Source: Octopus vulgaris
Lineage: Eukaryota
Length of the DNA stretch: 64,000 nucleotides
Direction of reading: 5' to 3'
NCBI GenBank assembly: GCA_951406725.2
Contig: OX597815.1
Location: 35,712,001-35,776,000, forward strand
Positions 27,421 to 40,949 of this stretch are shown one piece after another. Every line of letters begins with the position of its first letter. Position 1 is the first letter of the stretch. Both the position numbers and the translations under genes were made by a program. The notes beneath the pieces are model-generated. The model was not told the origin of the DNA and did no database searches. It was given only the letters and a program-made list of their open reading frames with translations.

Positions 27421-28859
27421 CTACGTTTGACATCATTACATGCTTCAAGCAGACGACAATCATAGACTGCGTACACATGGAGTTAACGAGGGAACTTCTA
27501 TGTGGCCGTTTGACTTGCTAGAAATATCAACTAAATCTCTTTCACTGTCTTAAAAGAAAAGCATATTGGATAGTGAAGCCCTAATTACATTGCATCTCCA
27601 TAAAAGACAGATGGTCATGGGTGGAATGTTTTCGATCATAAGCTTGCTTAATCAGGTCTGACTTGGTATTAAACAAACAATCTATACATGGAATAAAAAT
27701 ATGGAAAATGAAAGAGCATCTAGATACACAAACCTAAGAGTTTCTGATCACAGTTTCTGGCACGTCTCCTCAGATACATCAATAACACCCCACAATATTG
27801 TTAACTCATCATGCTATTCAGTCCAGACAAAGTCACACAAAAATACACACACATAATAATGACCTCAGCATTATTAATTTCATTTGCTCCACAAACACAG
27901 TGGAATGGAATAAAATCTGTTGCACTTAAAGCCCACATTGCCTGGTTCTACTGTGGTCACTACCAGAATTTATAGATTTCCATAATGAAACTGGAGGAAG
28001 AACTGCAACACACGCAGACTGTCATTGAACTCTCGATACGATAAACTGTTGCATATCACTGTGTGCTGGATGTGGTATACGCCCAACACTGGCTTTGAGA
28101 GTCACACCTAATTGTTTGACCGAAGAGCCTCTATGTGGCTGCTCGACTTGCAAAAATTAGCAGCCAAATCTCTTTCAGACTACATCCTGTCCATCTTAGA
28201 GAGGACACGTTGGGTAAGGTAGTCTTGGATTCCTTGCACTAGGAAGAAAACGAGATGATCATAACTGATGCTTTGAGCATAATCCTGTCCGATTAAGGCA
28301 GACCCGGGGCTAAACAACAACAGCCGACCTGCGTGCAATAAGTTTTCGGGCTACTCCATCAGAGCTGACTTAGTACTATACAATAACAACAACATCCACA
28401 ATTGTCCTCATCTCCCACCTCCGTATTACTATCACATAATCACAGTCTATTAATAAAACCATAATTAACTATACCGCCTTGGCTACCACCACCTTCACTA
28501 CCACCAACTCACTAAAATCAACACCAGCAAAACACATCGCCACCAACATCACCACCAAACCGCTACCATTACCAGCCTGAAGACTACAGCTACTACTAAC
28601 TAGCGTCATCACTACAACCATTATTTTCACATTAGCAAGCTGTATCACTGACATCTTATCATTACAAGATCGTTCGAAGGACTTAAAGTACTGACATCTG
28701 ATATTGATCTGTCATGGACAACATGACATGATTGGCGTGATACACATTATTCATTCCCGTTATACCAAAGCAGATTTAACTCCTGACGTCATCCAATTAA
28801 AAATTACAAGAGATTACTGTTAAGGTTACTGTTGCTATTGTTTATCTGCAAGTCAACTG

Positions 28860-29800
28860 ATTAGACCTCGAAGATCATGACGCTTTGACCAACCTATTTT
28901 TACTTGCCTATCAGTCCGCCTCTAATTTCTTGATTAGGGTCTTCTCTTTTATTAATTACTGTGTATGTCGGAGTTTGATCATGTATTTCATTCTTCCTTC
29001 TTTCATTGAAGACCTACATGCTCTGACTTCTAACCACACACTCTCCGACACATACGTAACTCCTCCTTTAATTTCCCGAGGGATCTAAATACAGTTTTAA
29101 CAGTCCTGTGGTAGACTTTTAACTATTTGTATGAAAACACATTTCGAAAATGTTTTCCAATAAAACATGACAACGCAGTTTCCTTTAAAACTACAAAGAC
29201 GCAATCCATATGCGTTATCAAGAAAACCTTTTGCATTTTACTCTTTCACTTATCAACAAACAAAAAATTCCATAAATGCTACTCTATCTTTGAAGCTACA
29301 CAGACATAAAATACAGCATTCTCAAAGGCTGGACCTCTTCATCAAAACCAGAAAATATTTCGACCGAAATCAATTGCTGACATATGCTCACATATTTAGT
29401 ATACCGCTACTGCTACTGCTGCGGCAGTGGCAGTAGTGACTATTTCTACTATAACCACAAACATTCTAAAGACTTGCTATTGTAAAAATGTCATCCTAAC
29501 TGACAAAGAGCCATTCACCAGCAATTTTTGTTTCATCTTGCAGCAACTTCTCCTTCTCCGAAATATCAAGCTGAGTACTACTACCACCCACGTCTACTCA
29601 GCTACACCCGTTTCTCGTCTCTAACATGCGTCACACTACAAAACCCTTCACTAAAGACTTTACTCAACCATCCTTCCAGAGCCGAAATTATCTGAAATTC
29701 CTTCTCTACCCGTTTTCCCTACACAGACATCAACCTACGGAAGTTCAAATTGAACGTCAATTGCACTGACCTCATCCGTCTGGGGGTGGTGAAAAGGTCA
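28860..29800 (+). pseudogene. Highly decayed CR1/L2-like LINE RT fragment
   Basis: FIEDLHALTSNHTLS; NAVSFKTTKTQ; SQRLDLFIKTRKYFDRNQLLTY across frames. Confidence 0.55.
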
Positions 29801-29826
29801 TAGACTACAATCCCCTTCACCTAGCA

Positions 29827-29867
<41 letters not shown>

Positions 29868-29887
29868 TGATGATAATAATAATAATA

Positions 29888-29921
<34 letters not shown>

Positions 29922-30049
29922 GGATGATGATGATAATAATGAGGAGGAGGAGGAAGAGTTCCATCAGGGCGACGGAGTAGGAAGGGCGATATAATAACAG
30001 ACATAAAGTGTGGAGATTAACATAGAATAGAATGATTTCACGAAAAAGT

Positions 30050-30220
30050 GTTTATACTGTAAGAAGTTTAGTTTGCTTCCCAACTACATAGTACTGGGTT
30101 CAATCCCTCTCGATGGTGCCTTGGGCAACTATCTTCTGCTATAGCCCTAGGCTGATCAAAGCCTTGAGAGAGGATTTAGTACACACTAACTGAAAGAAGC
30201 CTGTTGTGTGTGTGTATGTA

Positions 30221-30268
<48 letters not shown>

Positions 30269-30460
30269 TGTGTGTACGTTTGTCTCACCACTCACCGGTG
30301 TTGGTGTGCTTACGTTCCCGTAATCGAGTCGTTCAGCAAAAGAAACGATAAATAAGTAAAACGAATTAGTACTTGGGTCTATTTGTTCGACTAAAATTCT
30401 TCAAGGCTGTGCCCCAATGTGGCCCCAATCTAGTGACTGAAACCAGTAAAAGAAAAGATA
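30050..30460 (+). mobile_element. SINE family B, degenerate
   Basis: gggttcaatccc, gccttgggcaac, actgaaagaagcc, tail gactgaaaccagtaaaagaaaaga. Confidence 0.8.
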
Positions 30461-32141
30461 ATGATATGGTCCTCCTGATACATGACTTCTAGGCTAACGA
30501 AGGAACCCCACAAATCCCGAATAACCCTGCTCACCAGGAGCACCATCACAAGTGTTCTTCCTTCTGTAGTTTTCGGTCTACAAGCCCAACCTAACGTAGG
30601 TCCATGCACTTGTACCACTCTCACCATTTGACAAATTTACTGGGTGGTGGGGTAGGATACCACCACCCTTTCCACCCTCACTTTCCTTCCTAAGTGGAAC
30701 TTTAAAAATATGATTAGGGCTTAGCCGATAAGAAAGAAGTCTGCCTTCAGTCCTTTCAATTGTGTCCATCACAAGGCCTCCAGAGGAAAACTGCCTGCCC
30801 TTCTGACCAAAATAAAGCAGCGGGGAGTCAACTGGTAGCTGAATACGTCCTACAAGTGCTAGCAGCTATTCGGCATATCTTGCTCCACAAGTTTTCGTTA
30901 TTTACAACTAAGGGTTTGAATTCAAACCCAACATTTACCATATCATAGCAGTCTCTGCACCTCTCAAATTGTCCAACTATTTCATCATAACTACCTATCA
31001 CACATCCACTTCCCATTATTTCAAGTCAGCTGTCAAGTTAGAGCCCCTCCAGTTTACACTAGCTATCCCTGAAAACACGTACTCTTCCTTTCTGATGCGT
31101 TCTTACTGTAAAGGAAATAGGACGAAATGGGAAAAACAGAAAACTTCTGTCACTTTTGGAGATTCTTCTGGCGGTTAGGGATTCGGTGCTTCCTTGGCGG
31201 GAGGTTTGCACCCGGCTTTGATGTGGCCTAGCTTACCATATCTAAAATACCGAGGCTTCTTCCCTTCTACCATTACTCGGAGCTTGTTTTCCTCCACCTC
31301 AATGACCTCAATTATATTTTCTAGGTCAACAGGGGAAGCTTGAACGATCATCACGATCTCCTTTCCTTGCCAATTTTGACACTGTTACTGTTGCTTGTAG
31401 GATTGCCATTTTTTCTTCCATTCCGAAACATCAGACAGCCTGCATTCACTTCTGGTGGTAGATCACCCACTTTAATTCTTGACGTTCTTCTGCCTAGATA
31501 AGTGGGTAAAAGTGCCACCTCCGCTGTCCTTAGAGTTTCTAAAGAATGAAGTTTTGTCAGCTCCTCGGTTTTGAATCTTACTTCCACCGCTGCATATTTC
31601 CTTCCTCTTGTGAAGAACGTTATGTCCTTCCATTTTTGTTTCAAAGAAAGTTCCACGGCTTCTTTAGAAGCTACATCTAATTTCTTGTCCTTTACAATCG
31701 GACTTTTGTAAATTACCATTCTCTTCTCAACATTTTCCATAGTCTCATAGGTATGGGAAATTTTTAGTCCCCGCCCCTCCCTTTGAAACATCTCGTTATA
31801 TTTTTCCAACTCTTCTGGTTTGATGTTTATTTTGGTTTTTATCACAGTGGTGGCTGCAGTGAAATTTCCCCCTCCTTTTATGCTTGTTGGTTCCATCGTG
31901 TATTTCGTAGCTTGTGGTTCTTTGACTGGAGTCATGTTGCTGGGCATACTGCCCTGGTGAATAACAAATCTCCCCTTGAAACAAGGGAGACACGTCAAAA
32001 AGACATTCACGAACAATTACAATGTGTAACAACAAATGTCATCACAAATGTACCATATGCAACAACACAAAGTTCAACAATAACAACGATATCTATAATT
32101 CTCAGTACAAATTCAACACAGCAATAAACCAAAAAGCGAAA
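30461..32141 (-). pseudogene. L1/Tx1-like 5' region with decayed ORF1
   Basis: ORF 31351..32016 (VEVRFKTEE...LLPTYLGRRTSRIKVGDLPPEV), then VMVEGKKPRYFRYGKLGHIKAGC, a CCHC knuckle with two C>Y changes at ~31205-31285. Confidence 0.68.
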
Positions 32142-32158
32142 GTAAGGGGTACGAATAA

Positions 32159-33299
32159 ATTTTATTCCAGCCACAAGGGCCAAACACAGAGGGGACAAAA
32201 TGAATTCAGGGTTTGGGCATCGGATGATATTACACAAAAATGCATTAAAAATTATTATGATAATATAAAACGAATGAAGGGACAGACGAAATCACAACAC
32301 AATGGAGCGGAATGACTGTTCCGACCCCGCAAGACACGTTTCAACACTGAGCCTTTTGTTTTTACTTTTCCGGGATAGCGCTCACATAGAACCATTCATT
32401 CCCAACATGCGAACCACTTGCATCCATCTTTTACCGAACCTGTCCGATGACAAACATTTCTTTTCTAACCTTATCTTCCTTCGTAGAAGGAAGACATAAA
32501 AGTTAGTCAATCCTTGGTCAGAAATGAAAGTACCTGTCACCAATCCTTTCATACGTGTTCTCTATACAGCCTCTTTCGCTATAGCGACCACAACGAGAAA
32601 ACAAACCTTACGTTTTCTGCACAGTGAGGGAGGTGGAACGATAACAGACTCGGAAGACAGCTGTACTCATCCAAACCCAGAAATCAGTCGGTCGACGGAA
32701 ACCCACAGCTCTGAAATCCTCGCACACTGCCAAAATGCATGCAGAACAGTTTCACCATCCCGCCCACATCTCGGACAGTTGGGTGAGCATGAGGCACCGT
32801 GCCTTGCGAGCTTGTCGTGAACTGGTAAGGCTCTTCGGTAATATTGCCAGGCGAGGGACCTCTGGAAATTATCCAAAGGTCCCGGACCGACCGTCTTTTG
32901 GAACAAGCTGGCTAGTTGGCCTTCGTCGAAACCCAGGATTTCCCCTAGCGCATCGTCACACTTGGCCTCTACCAACCCTCGATAAAATGACGAGGTGGAA
33001 GCCACGCTACCAGCGTTACCCGTGCGGCAGAAGAGCAAGACAGACTTGCGACATTCGGCCTGCCAAGCACCCAACTTTGTTCTAATTTTGATCCATGGTT
33101 CTAGTTCACTAAAACTAGTGAACCTAGGAAGTAGCAGCTTGACGAACGGAGACCACACCCATTCACCATCCAGGTAAAGCCAAAGATGCCTCAGCCTCAG
33201 CGCGAGCTTGCGCATCATAAGCCACGGCATCCTTAGCCCACCCTTTAGCGGTTGTTGGTAACAGATAGAGCGCTTTATAAGAGGTCCTCTGCCCTTCGT
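32159..33299 (-). mobile_element. 5'-truncated L1/Tx1-clade LINE (ORF2 C-terminus and 3' tail) with 17-bp TSD
   Basis: P..GGL motif (QQPLKGGLRMP); zf-RVT CPRCGRDGETVLHAFWQC; TSD gtaagggg(t/a)acgaataa at 32142-32158 and 33300-33316. Confidence 0.9.
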
Positions 33300-33413
33300 G
33301 TAAGGGGAACGAATAATTTCTTTATTGCCCATAAAGGGCCAACATAGAGAAGAATTTAAGTCGCAAAGAAAAGAATACCCATACATACATACATACATAC
33401 ATACATACATACA

Positions 33414-33443
<30 letters not shown>

Positions 33444-33444
<1 letters not shown>

Positions 33445-33710
33445 TACAAGTTCAGGTTTATACCTGTAATTACTGAGGCCCTGGGATATGTAATGCACTG
33501 CCTAAATACCAATCTTGAAAAATTGGGCTTCTCAAAATCAGAAACGAGAAAGCTAATTCGAAGACTACAGATCCAATACATCACTGGAACTGTAAAAAGC
33601 TGTAAAACTTTCCAGAAGTTTATCATTTAAATATATATCAGCATGTCTAGATATGCAACTATATGCATGAGAATACATACATAAAACAAAATATTCAAAT
33701 ATGCACATAT
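33444..33710 (+). mobile_element. RLE-type non-LTR retrotransposon 3' end embedded in (TACA)n
   Basis: [16 protein letters not shown]...LEKLGFSK...[22 protein letters not shown] parallels the IP..GALG...LQ...GT end of RLE elements. Confidence 0.75.
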
Positions 33711-34197
33711 GCATACATACATGCATACATACATGCATACATACATACATACATACATACATACATACATACATACATACATACATACATACATACATAC
33801 ATACATGTGAGTATCTGTGAGAGCGTCGGTGTGTACGTGTGTATGTACTTGCAATGTCTGAGGCGTGCATTTCTGTATGCATGGATGCATGATGAATGTA
33901 TGTAAGAAGTAAACGATATGTCGTGAAAAAAAAACGAAAGATTATTATATATGTCACTGTGCCTGCTCAAAAGGATCAGAAAATTAATAATCTTCTGAAA
34001 GAAAGCCAACTAATATATCACGAAACGGAAGTACAGCTTTTATTTACTGGGTTACACTCAGCTAGTGAGAAGAAAGTCGTGTCGTCTGGCATTTCTCCAG
34101 TTTGGTCTGTCGCAGTTTACTAGGTTAGACTCGTAACAAACGACACAATCAACACGCATGGATATACACACTCACACACACACACACACACACACAC

Positions 34198-34266
<69 letters not shown>

Positions 34267-34444
34267 AGCAAGACATCTACGTAACATCACATTCCGAAAT
34301 ACAAAGACAACACACATATATACAACGTCGCTCAACTCGAACACATAAAATATATTCACACGCACTTACTTAGACAAGTGTGTTATCGTGAGTTTGTGAG
34401 AATGATTGTGTATGTCAGTAATTAGCCTATTTCTATTTCATGTA

Positions 34445-34447
34445 ATG

Positions 34448-34481
<34 letters not shown>

Positions 34482-34699
34482 TGTATGTATGTATGTATGT
34501 ATGTATGTGCGTGTATGTATGTATGCATGTGTGTGTATGTATGTATGTATGTATGTATGTATGTATGTATGTATGTATGTATGTATGCATGTGCGTGTAT
34601 GTATGTATGCATGTGTGTGTATGTATGTATGTATGTATGTATGTATGTATGCATGTGCGTGTATGTATGTATGCATGTGTGTGTATGTATGTATATATG

Positions 34700-34733
<34 letters not shown>

Positions 34734-34783
34734 TGTATGTATGTATGTATGTATGTATATATGTATGTATGTATGTATATATG

Positions 34784-34817
<34 letters not shown>

Positions 34818-35311
34818 TGTATGTATGTATGTATGTGTGTGTATGTATGCATGTGTGTGTGTATGTATGTATGTGTGTGTGTATGTATGTATGTATGTAT
34901 GTATGTATGTATGTATGTATGTGTGTGTGTGTGTATGTATGTATGCATGTGTGTGTATGTATGTATGTGTATGTATGTATGTATGTATGTATCTATGCAT
35001 GTGTGTGTATGTATGTATGCATGTGTGTGTATGTATGTATGCGTGTGTGTGTATGTATGTATGTGTGTACGTATGTATGTGTGTGTGTATGTATGTACGT
35101 ATGTATGTATGTATGTATGCATGTATGCATGTGTGTGTATGTATGCATGTGTGTGTGTCTATGTATGCATGTGTCTGTATGTATGTGTGTGTATGTATGT
35201 ATGTGTGTGTGTCTGTATGTATGCATGTGTGTGTATGTATGTGTGTGTATGTATGTATGTGTGTGTATGTATGTATGTATGTATGTATGTATGTATGCAT
35301 GTGTGTGTATG

Positions 35312-35343
<32 letters not shown>

Positions 35344-35585
35344 CATGTGTGTGTATGTATGTATGTATGTATGTATGTGTGTATGTATGTATGTATGTAT
35401 GTATGTATGTATGTATGTATGTATGCATGTGTGTGTATGCATGTATGCGTGTGTGATTGTATGTAGGTATGTTTGTGCATGCCTGTACGTACGTATGTAC
35501 GTATGCATTCACATATCTATATCTATCTGTGTGTGTGTGTATGTGCATGTGTGTCTGTGTGTCTGTCTGTCTGTTCGTGTGTGTG
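34445..35585. repeat. ~1.1-kb compound (TATG)/(TG) microsatellite
   Basis: Direct inspection; source of the 400-aa MYVC ORFs. Confidence 0.96.
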
Positions 35586-35589
35586 AAAG

Positions 35590-35797
35590 CCCGTGTCTTA
35601 GTGGTTAGATTAATCAGCTCACGATCGCAAGGTCGTGAGTTCGATTCCCGTATTGTGTCGGGAGAATTTCCTTGAGAAGTACGCTAAGAGTACGCGTGTC
35701 TGTTGAGTGCTCAGCCACTTGCAACGTTATCTTCACGAGCAGGCTGTTCCGTTGATCGGATCAATTGGTATCCCCATAGTCATAACCAACGGAGATC
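35590..35797 (+). mobile_element. tRNA-derived SINE family C, internally deleted
   Basis: ttagtggttag (A box), gagttcgattccc (B box); tail matches reverse complement of 36255-36380. Confidence 0.8.
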
Positions 35798-35884
35798 CAG
35801 TTTGTGTGTGCTAGGACTAAATGTGCTGCAATAATTTAAAAAATGTTGTGGCTCCACACACTATTGTGGAGATTATACTCTTTT

Positions 35885-36235
35885 TAATACTCTTTTACTT
35901 GTTTCAGTCATTTGACTGCGGCCATGCTGGAGCACCGCCTTTAGTCGAGCAAATCAACCCCGGGACTTATTCTTTGTAAGCCCAGTACTTATTCTATCGG
36001 TCTCTTTTGCCGAACCGCTAAGTGACGGGGACGTAAACACGCCAGCATCGGTTGTCAAGCAATGCTAGAGGGACAAACACAGACACACAAACATATACAC
36101 ACACATACATACATATATGTACATATATACGACAGGCTTCTTTCAGTTTCCGTCTACCAAATCCACTCACAAGGCATTGGTCGGCCCGAGGCTATAGCAG
36201 AAGACACTTGCCTAAGATGCCACGCAGTGGGACTG
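35885..36235 (-). mobile_element. SINE family B, 5'-truncated
   Basis: Colinear with 16444-16793. Confidence 0.9.
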
Positions 36236-36254
36236 ATTGTTAAAGATATTTAAA

Positions 36255-36577
36255 AAGACTCCGCCGGTTACGACGACGAGGGTCCCAGCTGATACGATCA
36301 ACGGAACAGCTTGCTCGTGAAATTAACGTGCAAATGGCTGAGCATTCCACAGACACGTGTACCCTTAACGTAGTTCTCGGGGATAATCAGCGTGACACAG
36401 AGAGTGACAAGGCTGACCCTTTGAAATACAAGTACAACTCATTTTTGCCAGCTGAGTGGACTGGAGCAACGTGAAATAAAGTGTCTTGCTCAAGGACACA
36501 ACGCGTCGCCGGGAATCGAACTCACAACCTTACGATCATGAACCGAATGCCCTAACCACTAAGCCACGCGCCCTCAC
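36255..36577 (-). mobile_element. SINE family C, full length
   Basis: Minus strand gtgagggcgcgtggcttagtggttag...gagttcgattcccgg...gtgtccttgagcaagacactt; gttaaagatat duplicated on both flanks. Confidence 0.88.
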
Positions 36578-38305
36578 GTTAAAGATATAAATAGATATAA
36601 ATAACACAGATTGTTAAAGATATAAATAAGTCTTCTTTTAGATGCAAGTAATCACAATGCTGAGAAAAATTTCCCGTTGATTGTGCAAAGTTTTCCACGT
36701 GAAAAGGGTTTAGTGATAAAGTTATTGCGAGTAAGATCCCTCCCAACTGAGATCTCGGAAACAATAGCAAGCTTTTGCAGAGAGAGCCTTGTCGAGTTAG
36801 GACTGGAAGTGAATAAATATAGCTTTTGATGGAGATAACACAAATACAAATTTTGGTGGACGTGTGCATAGGCACAAATAATGTCTATTCAAAATTCAAG
36901 GAAAGCATGAATGAATTGATGAAAGGTGTTGGATGTCCAGTCCATATTCTACACAATGCTATTCGTACCGCGGCCAATGTTCTTTCTGTTGATGCTGAAG
37001 TAATTGTTGTTAAATTGTTTTCATATTGTTCTATCAGAGAAGTTGAAAGATTTCTACAAGTTTGTTGGTGTGCAGTATACCTCAATTATCTCATATTCTA
37101 AAACTCGTTGGCTTTTTTTGATGAGAGCAGATGAGAAAATCCCAAGGTTTTTTAAAGCACCGAAATCTTTTCTTCAGAAATCTTTCTTCAGAATCCTGAA
37201 GAAAAGGTTCCCCAAATTCTTGTAGAATTCTTCAATAATCTGCTAAACGAAGCTTATTATATCTTGTCCACAGTTTCGAATATGTTTTTAACAACAGGAT
37301 TATGAAGATAGAATAGAGAGAAAACAAAATTATTGAAGTGCTTGGGTGTTTAAAAGAACTCGTTGCAGTTATAAAGGAAAGAATTAATGAAAAAGTTCGT
37401 TCCTCTCGGTGTGAAAGATTGCCTTAATAATGACGATGTCAAATCTGAAGAGAAAATGAAGTTTCTACTTGATAACTACGACGGCACTTGCCATGACTAT
37501 CTTGAGAAATGGGTTTCATCTTTTGAAAATTTTGATAACTTTACATGGATGTTAACAGACACAGTTCCAGCATGGGAACATGTAGAATCATTTTGTCTAG
37601 TGTTAAAATAACAAGGGTGTAAAAATTGACAACATTCTTTTCTGTCAGTGGTCAACATTTAAAAAACTCTTTGCTAAAGAGATACAGATCAAACCTGATG
37701 AATGGAAGACCAAAGTGTGCCATGAAAGATGGTTTTCTATCCTCTAGCAGATTGAATTTCAAGAACAATACTCTAAGTTGTTAATTTTGTGCCGGTTTCT
37801 ATTTAGCATACCAACACATAATGCTAATACTGAGCGTGTCTTCTCGATGATAAATGTTCAATGGACTGAAGAACAAAATATGGTGGATGTGGCTACTGTA
37901 GAAGCTATTTTACAATGCACATGGAACCTTAACTGTCAATGTAAAGAATTTTATAGGCATGAGTTAGAAAACAAAGACCTGTTAACAAAAGCCTAATCAT
38001 CAGTGAAATCTAACTAAAGGTAAAGGTTCAAGTTTAATTCTCGTGCGATCTGTTAAGAAAATTTTGCATATAAGTTTATCAGTTTTCATATTCTCCATAT
38101 GAAATACAACTTTTTAGTCTATTTTCTGTATTATTTGCATTAAATACTAATTTTCAAAATTATTTTCTTTGCATTTTTCTATTATTGTCTCTATTGAATA
38201 GGAATTTTGCAATGATTTCACTTTCTCAGTATGTCTTTTACTTATCTACATTACATGTATTTAATAATATTCAAATGCTTTCACATTAAAAGACTTATTT
38301 CTATA

Positions 38306-38669
38306 TCTCTCTATATATAAACGGCAGTTTGTCTGTGCGTGTTTCTGTGTGTCTGTTTGCTTGTACCCTCACCCTGACCACGGCTTTTCAACCGATTCTG
38401 ATGAAACTTGACACACACATAGCCCAATGTCATAATTCAAAACTAACGCAGCGAAAATTTTGAAAAGTTCCCCCAGTTCTGAAAAAAATCGATAAATTCG
38501 ACATGGGGTCGAGAATCAGAAACACAAACCGCAAACTGTCTAGGGGACGCAACTCCACCTTTTTTCACTCTCAAAAGAAATTTACCATCATTTTTTGGCT
38601 ATAACTCTCTAAAAATGCTTTATAGTTATTTCCCTTACAAACCTGAGCAACGCCGGGCGATACTGCTAG
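38306..38669 (+). mobile_element. Non-autonomous Helitron
   Basis: A|TC start, subterminal hairpin cctgagcaacgccggg, CTAG|T end. Confidence 0.8.
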
Positions 38670-39266
38670 TTGTCTCTATTTGTCATTAAATAAAAAAAAA
38701 AATTTACAGTGATTTCGATTTTTGATTATTTCTCTGTTGTCTGTATTAAAGAAATATTTTCAAATTATTTCACTTAAACAGAATTTACTTTTTAGCTTGT
38801 ATTAAATCATTTTGAAATTATTTTGCTTTTGTTTTTCTCATAACCCATTAAAATAATAGCTTTATATTTTTAACTTATCTCTCCACTTTTATAGAATATC
38901 TGGCAACCCTATTATTTCCTTTCCCTTCATCTGGAGTAGTAGTACTATACACGTAGACATCCTAAACAATATTCAAAGAAAAAACACTCGACTGGTTGAC
39001 GTAAATCACTCATAAACGCACCGCAACATACGAACAAAGTGTCTTTTCTTTCTGTGTTCTCTACAACTAATGTAGTAGCCTCTGCTACTCGGAAATGGTT
39101 GGTTTTTAGTCACTGCCACTCAGACACTCCTCTCTCATTCGTCTTTCTTCTTTTTACTCATAATGTGGCTATCTACGCCTCACTTTCATTCTAAGATCGC
39201 AATTCTATTTCACGCTAAACATGCACGTAGCCCGTCCTATCCAGAGCACCACCCCTCTCGAATACC

Positions 39267-39492
39267 TATTTCTTTACTACCCACAAGAGGCTAAACACAG
39301 AGAGGACAAACAAGGATAGACACATAAATTAAGTGGATTACATCGACCCCAGTGCGTAACTGGTACTTATTTAATTGACCCCGAAAGGATGAAAGGCAAA
39401 TTCGACCTCGGCGGAACTTGAACTCATAACGTAAAGTCAGACAAAATACCGCTGAGCATTTTCGCCCGGCGTGCTAACGTTTCTGCCAGCTC
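39267..39492 (-). mobile_element. SINE family A
   Basis: Tail and core present; ctcgaatacc repeated on both flanks. Confidence 0.9.
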
Positions 39493-40949
39493 GAATACCG
39501 TCCCAGGTCATATTTCTCCTACAGACGTCAATCCAGCTGGTCGTAGTTACGTCCCCTTCTTCAGCCCAGTCCAATAGAATAAAGACTAAATTTTAAACAA
39601 AAAGGTCTGCATTTTAATTTAGATATAAACGCTCATTTGGTAATAGTAGTATATATTTATATCATAGGTCTAAAGCTACACATTTAATTTAATCGATCTC
39701 GGTATTTAACTGATTACTCTGAAAAGATAATAAACAAAAGTCGGAGAATTTTAACTCAGAGCATAAAGGGACGTAACTAGATACTGTCACTTCTACAATT
39801 TCAGCTTTCTAAATTAAATAAATAAAATCTAGTAATTTTACCAAATAATTTCTTAAACAAGGAATTTTATGAATAAATCATAAAGTATGAGAACATAATA
39901 CCTCATAATAATAGATACCTTTACAAACTGTAGATGATGCAAGAAATGATATTCTCAAAATCCTAGGAATAAAGTTTCAGGATATTACTTCGAAATGTTT
40001 TGTGATAGTTTAAATAATTTAAACAAAAGTAAATACTTTAATGACGATGCATACAGTAAAAAAAAAAATTCAAGTATTGATATATTAGGATAATATATTT
40101 CATCTATATTCGCAAACTAGCGGAGAAACATTAAGCGAATAAATAAATATTAATAAATAGATGTGCAACGGTTAGTTCTTCGCTGCAGTCGAGAGTCACC
40201 AATTGTAAGGGTTGTTGTTAAGGTGTTGGTTGCCAGTATGCAAGATGGAAGAAGAATAGTGATTGAAGTTGTAAAGAGATATTTATTTACCGTTACTTTG
40301 TAAAATGCCTTGCCTCGACGGACAAGTGTATGTATCATATAAAAACAAGAGAGTTATCTTTTCTTGTATGCTGTTGCAGTTTATGTTTGGTCAGCCGCTA
40401 GCTGCCCAACTAGGAATTAGAGGAAGACAGATTGGATGTTAATTGTAGGAAGTTGATAAAATGAAACCGTCATGGTGCCTGGCATATAAACAGCAGTGGT
40501 GTTGTGATAAGACACTGTATTATAGTTGACGTATTTGACCAAGCCGCATCAAATAGCATATATCCAAAGCCCAATACTTCCGAATTCAAACAGACGAATG
40601 AGAACTCGTATTGTTAATTATCAGTGCGCTCAAATTTAAAATCTGAAATATTGTACTGATGAAAAGAATCAATGAGTAGAAATATGATTTTACATTTTTC
40701 ACATCTCTCTAACTCCGAAACGCGTATACAGTTAATTAGAGCCGGGTGGATTCGTTATTTTTTTTTCTCTTTACCCGCGTGAGTTGTTGAGTATTGCTGT
40801 CTGGGATGTATTTTATGGTAGTAGAATAATAGTTTAACTATTATTTCTAAATTTCGGTATGTGGTGAAGCAAATTTTGCTGAACCCTAATTATAATTATA
40901 CTCATAATTATAGAATTTCATATATATACATGCACATATTTATCTATAT

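Larger units (their letters stand above)
35800..38911 (+). pseudogene. hAT transposon remnant (Blackjack-like TIR) interrupted by SINEs and a Helitron
   Basis: CARTKCAAI.KNVVAP (~35807); DASNHNAEKNFPLIVQ; GCPVHILHN; KTRWL; SIPTHNANTERVFS dimerisation motif; right end tctggcaacccta at 38899-38911. Confidence 0.85.
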
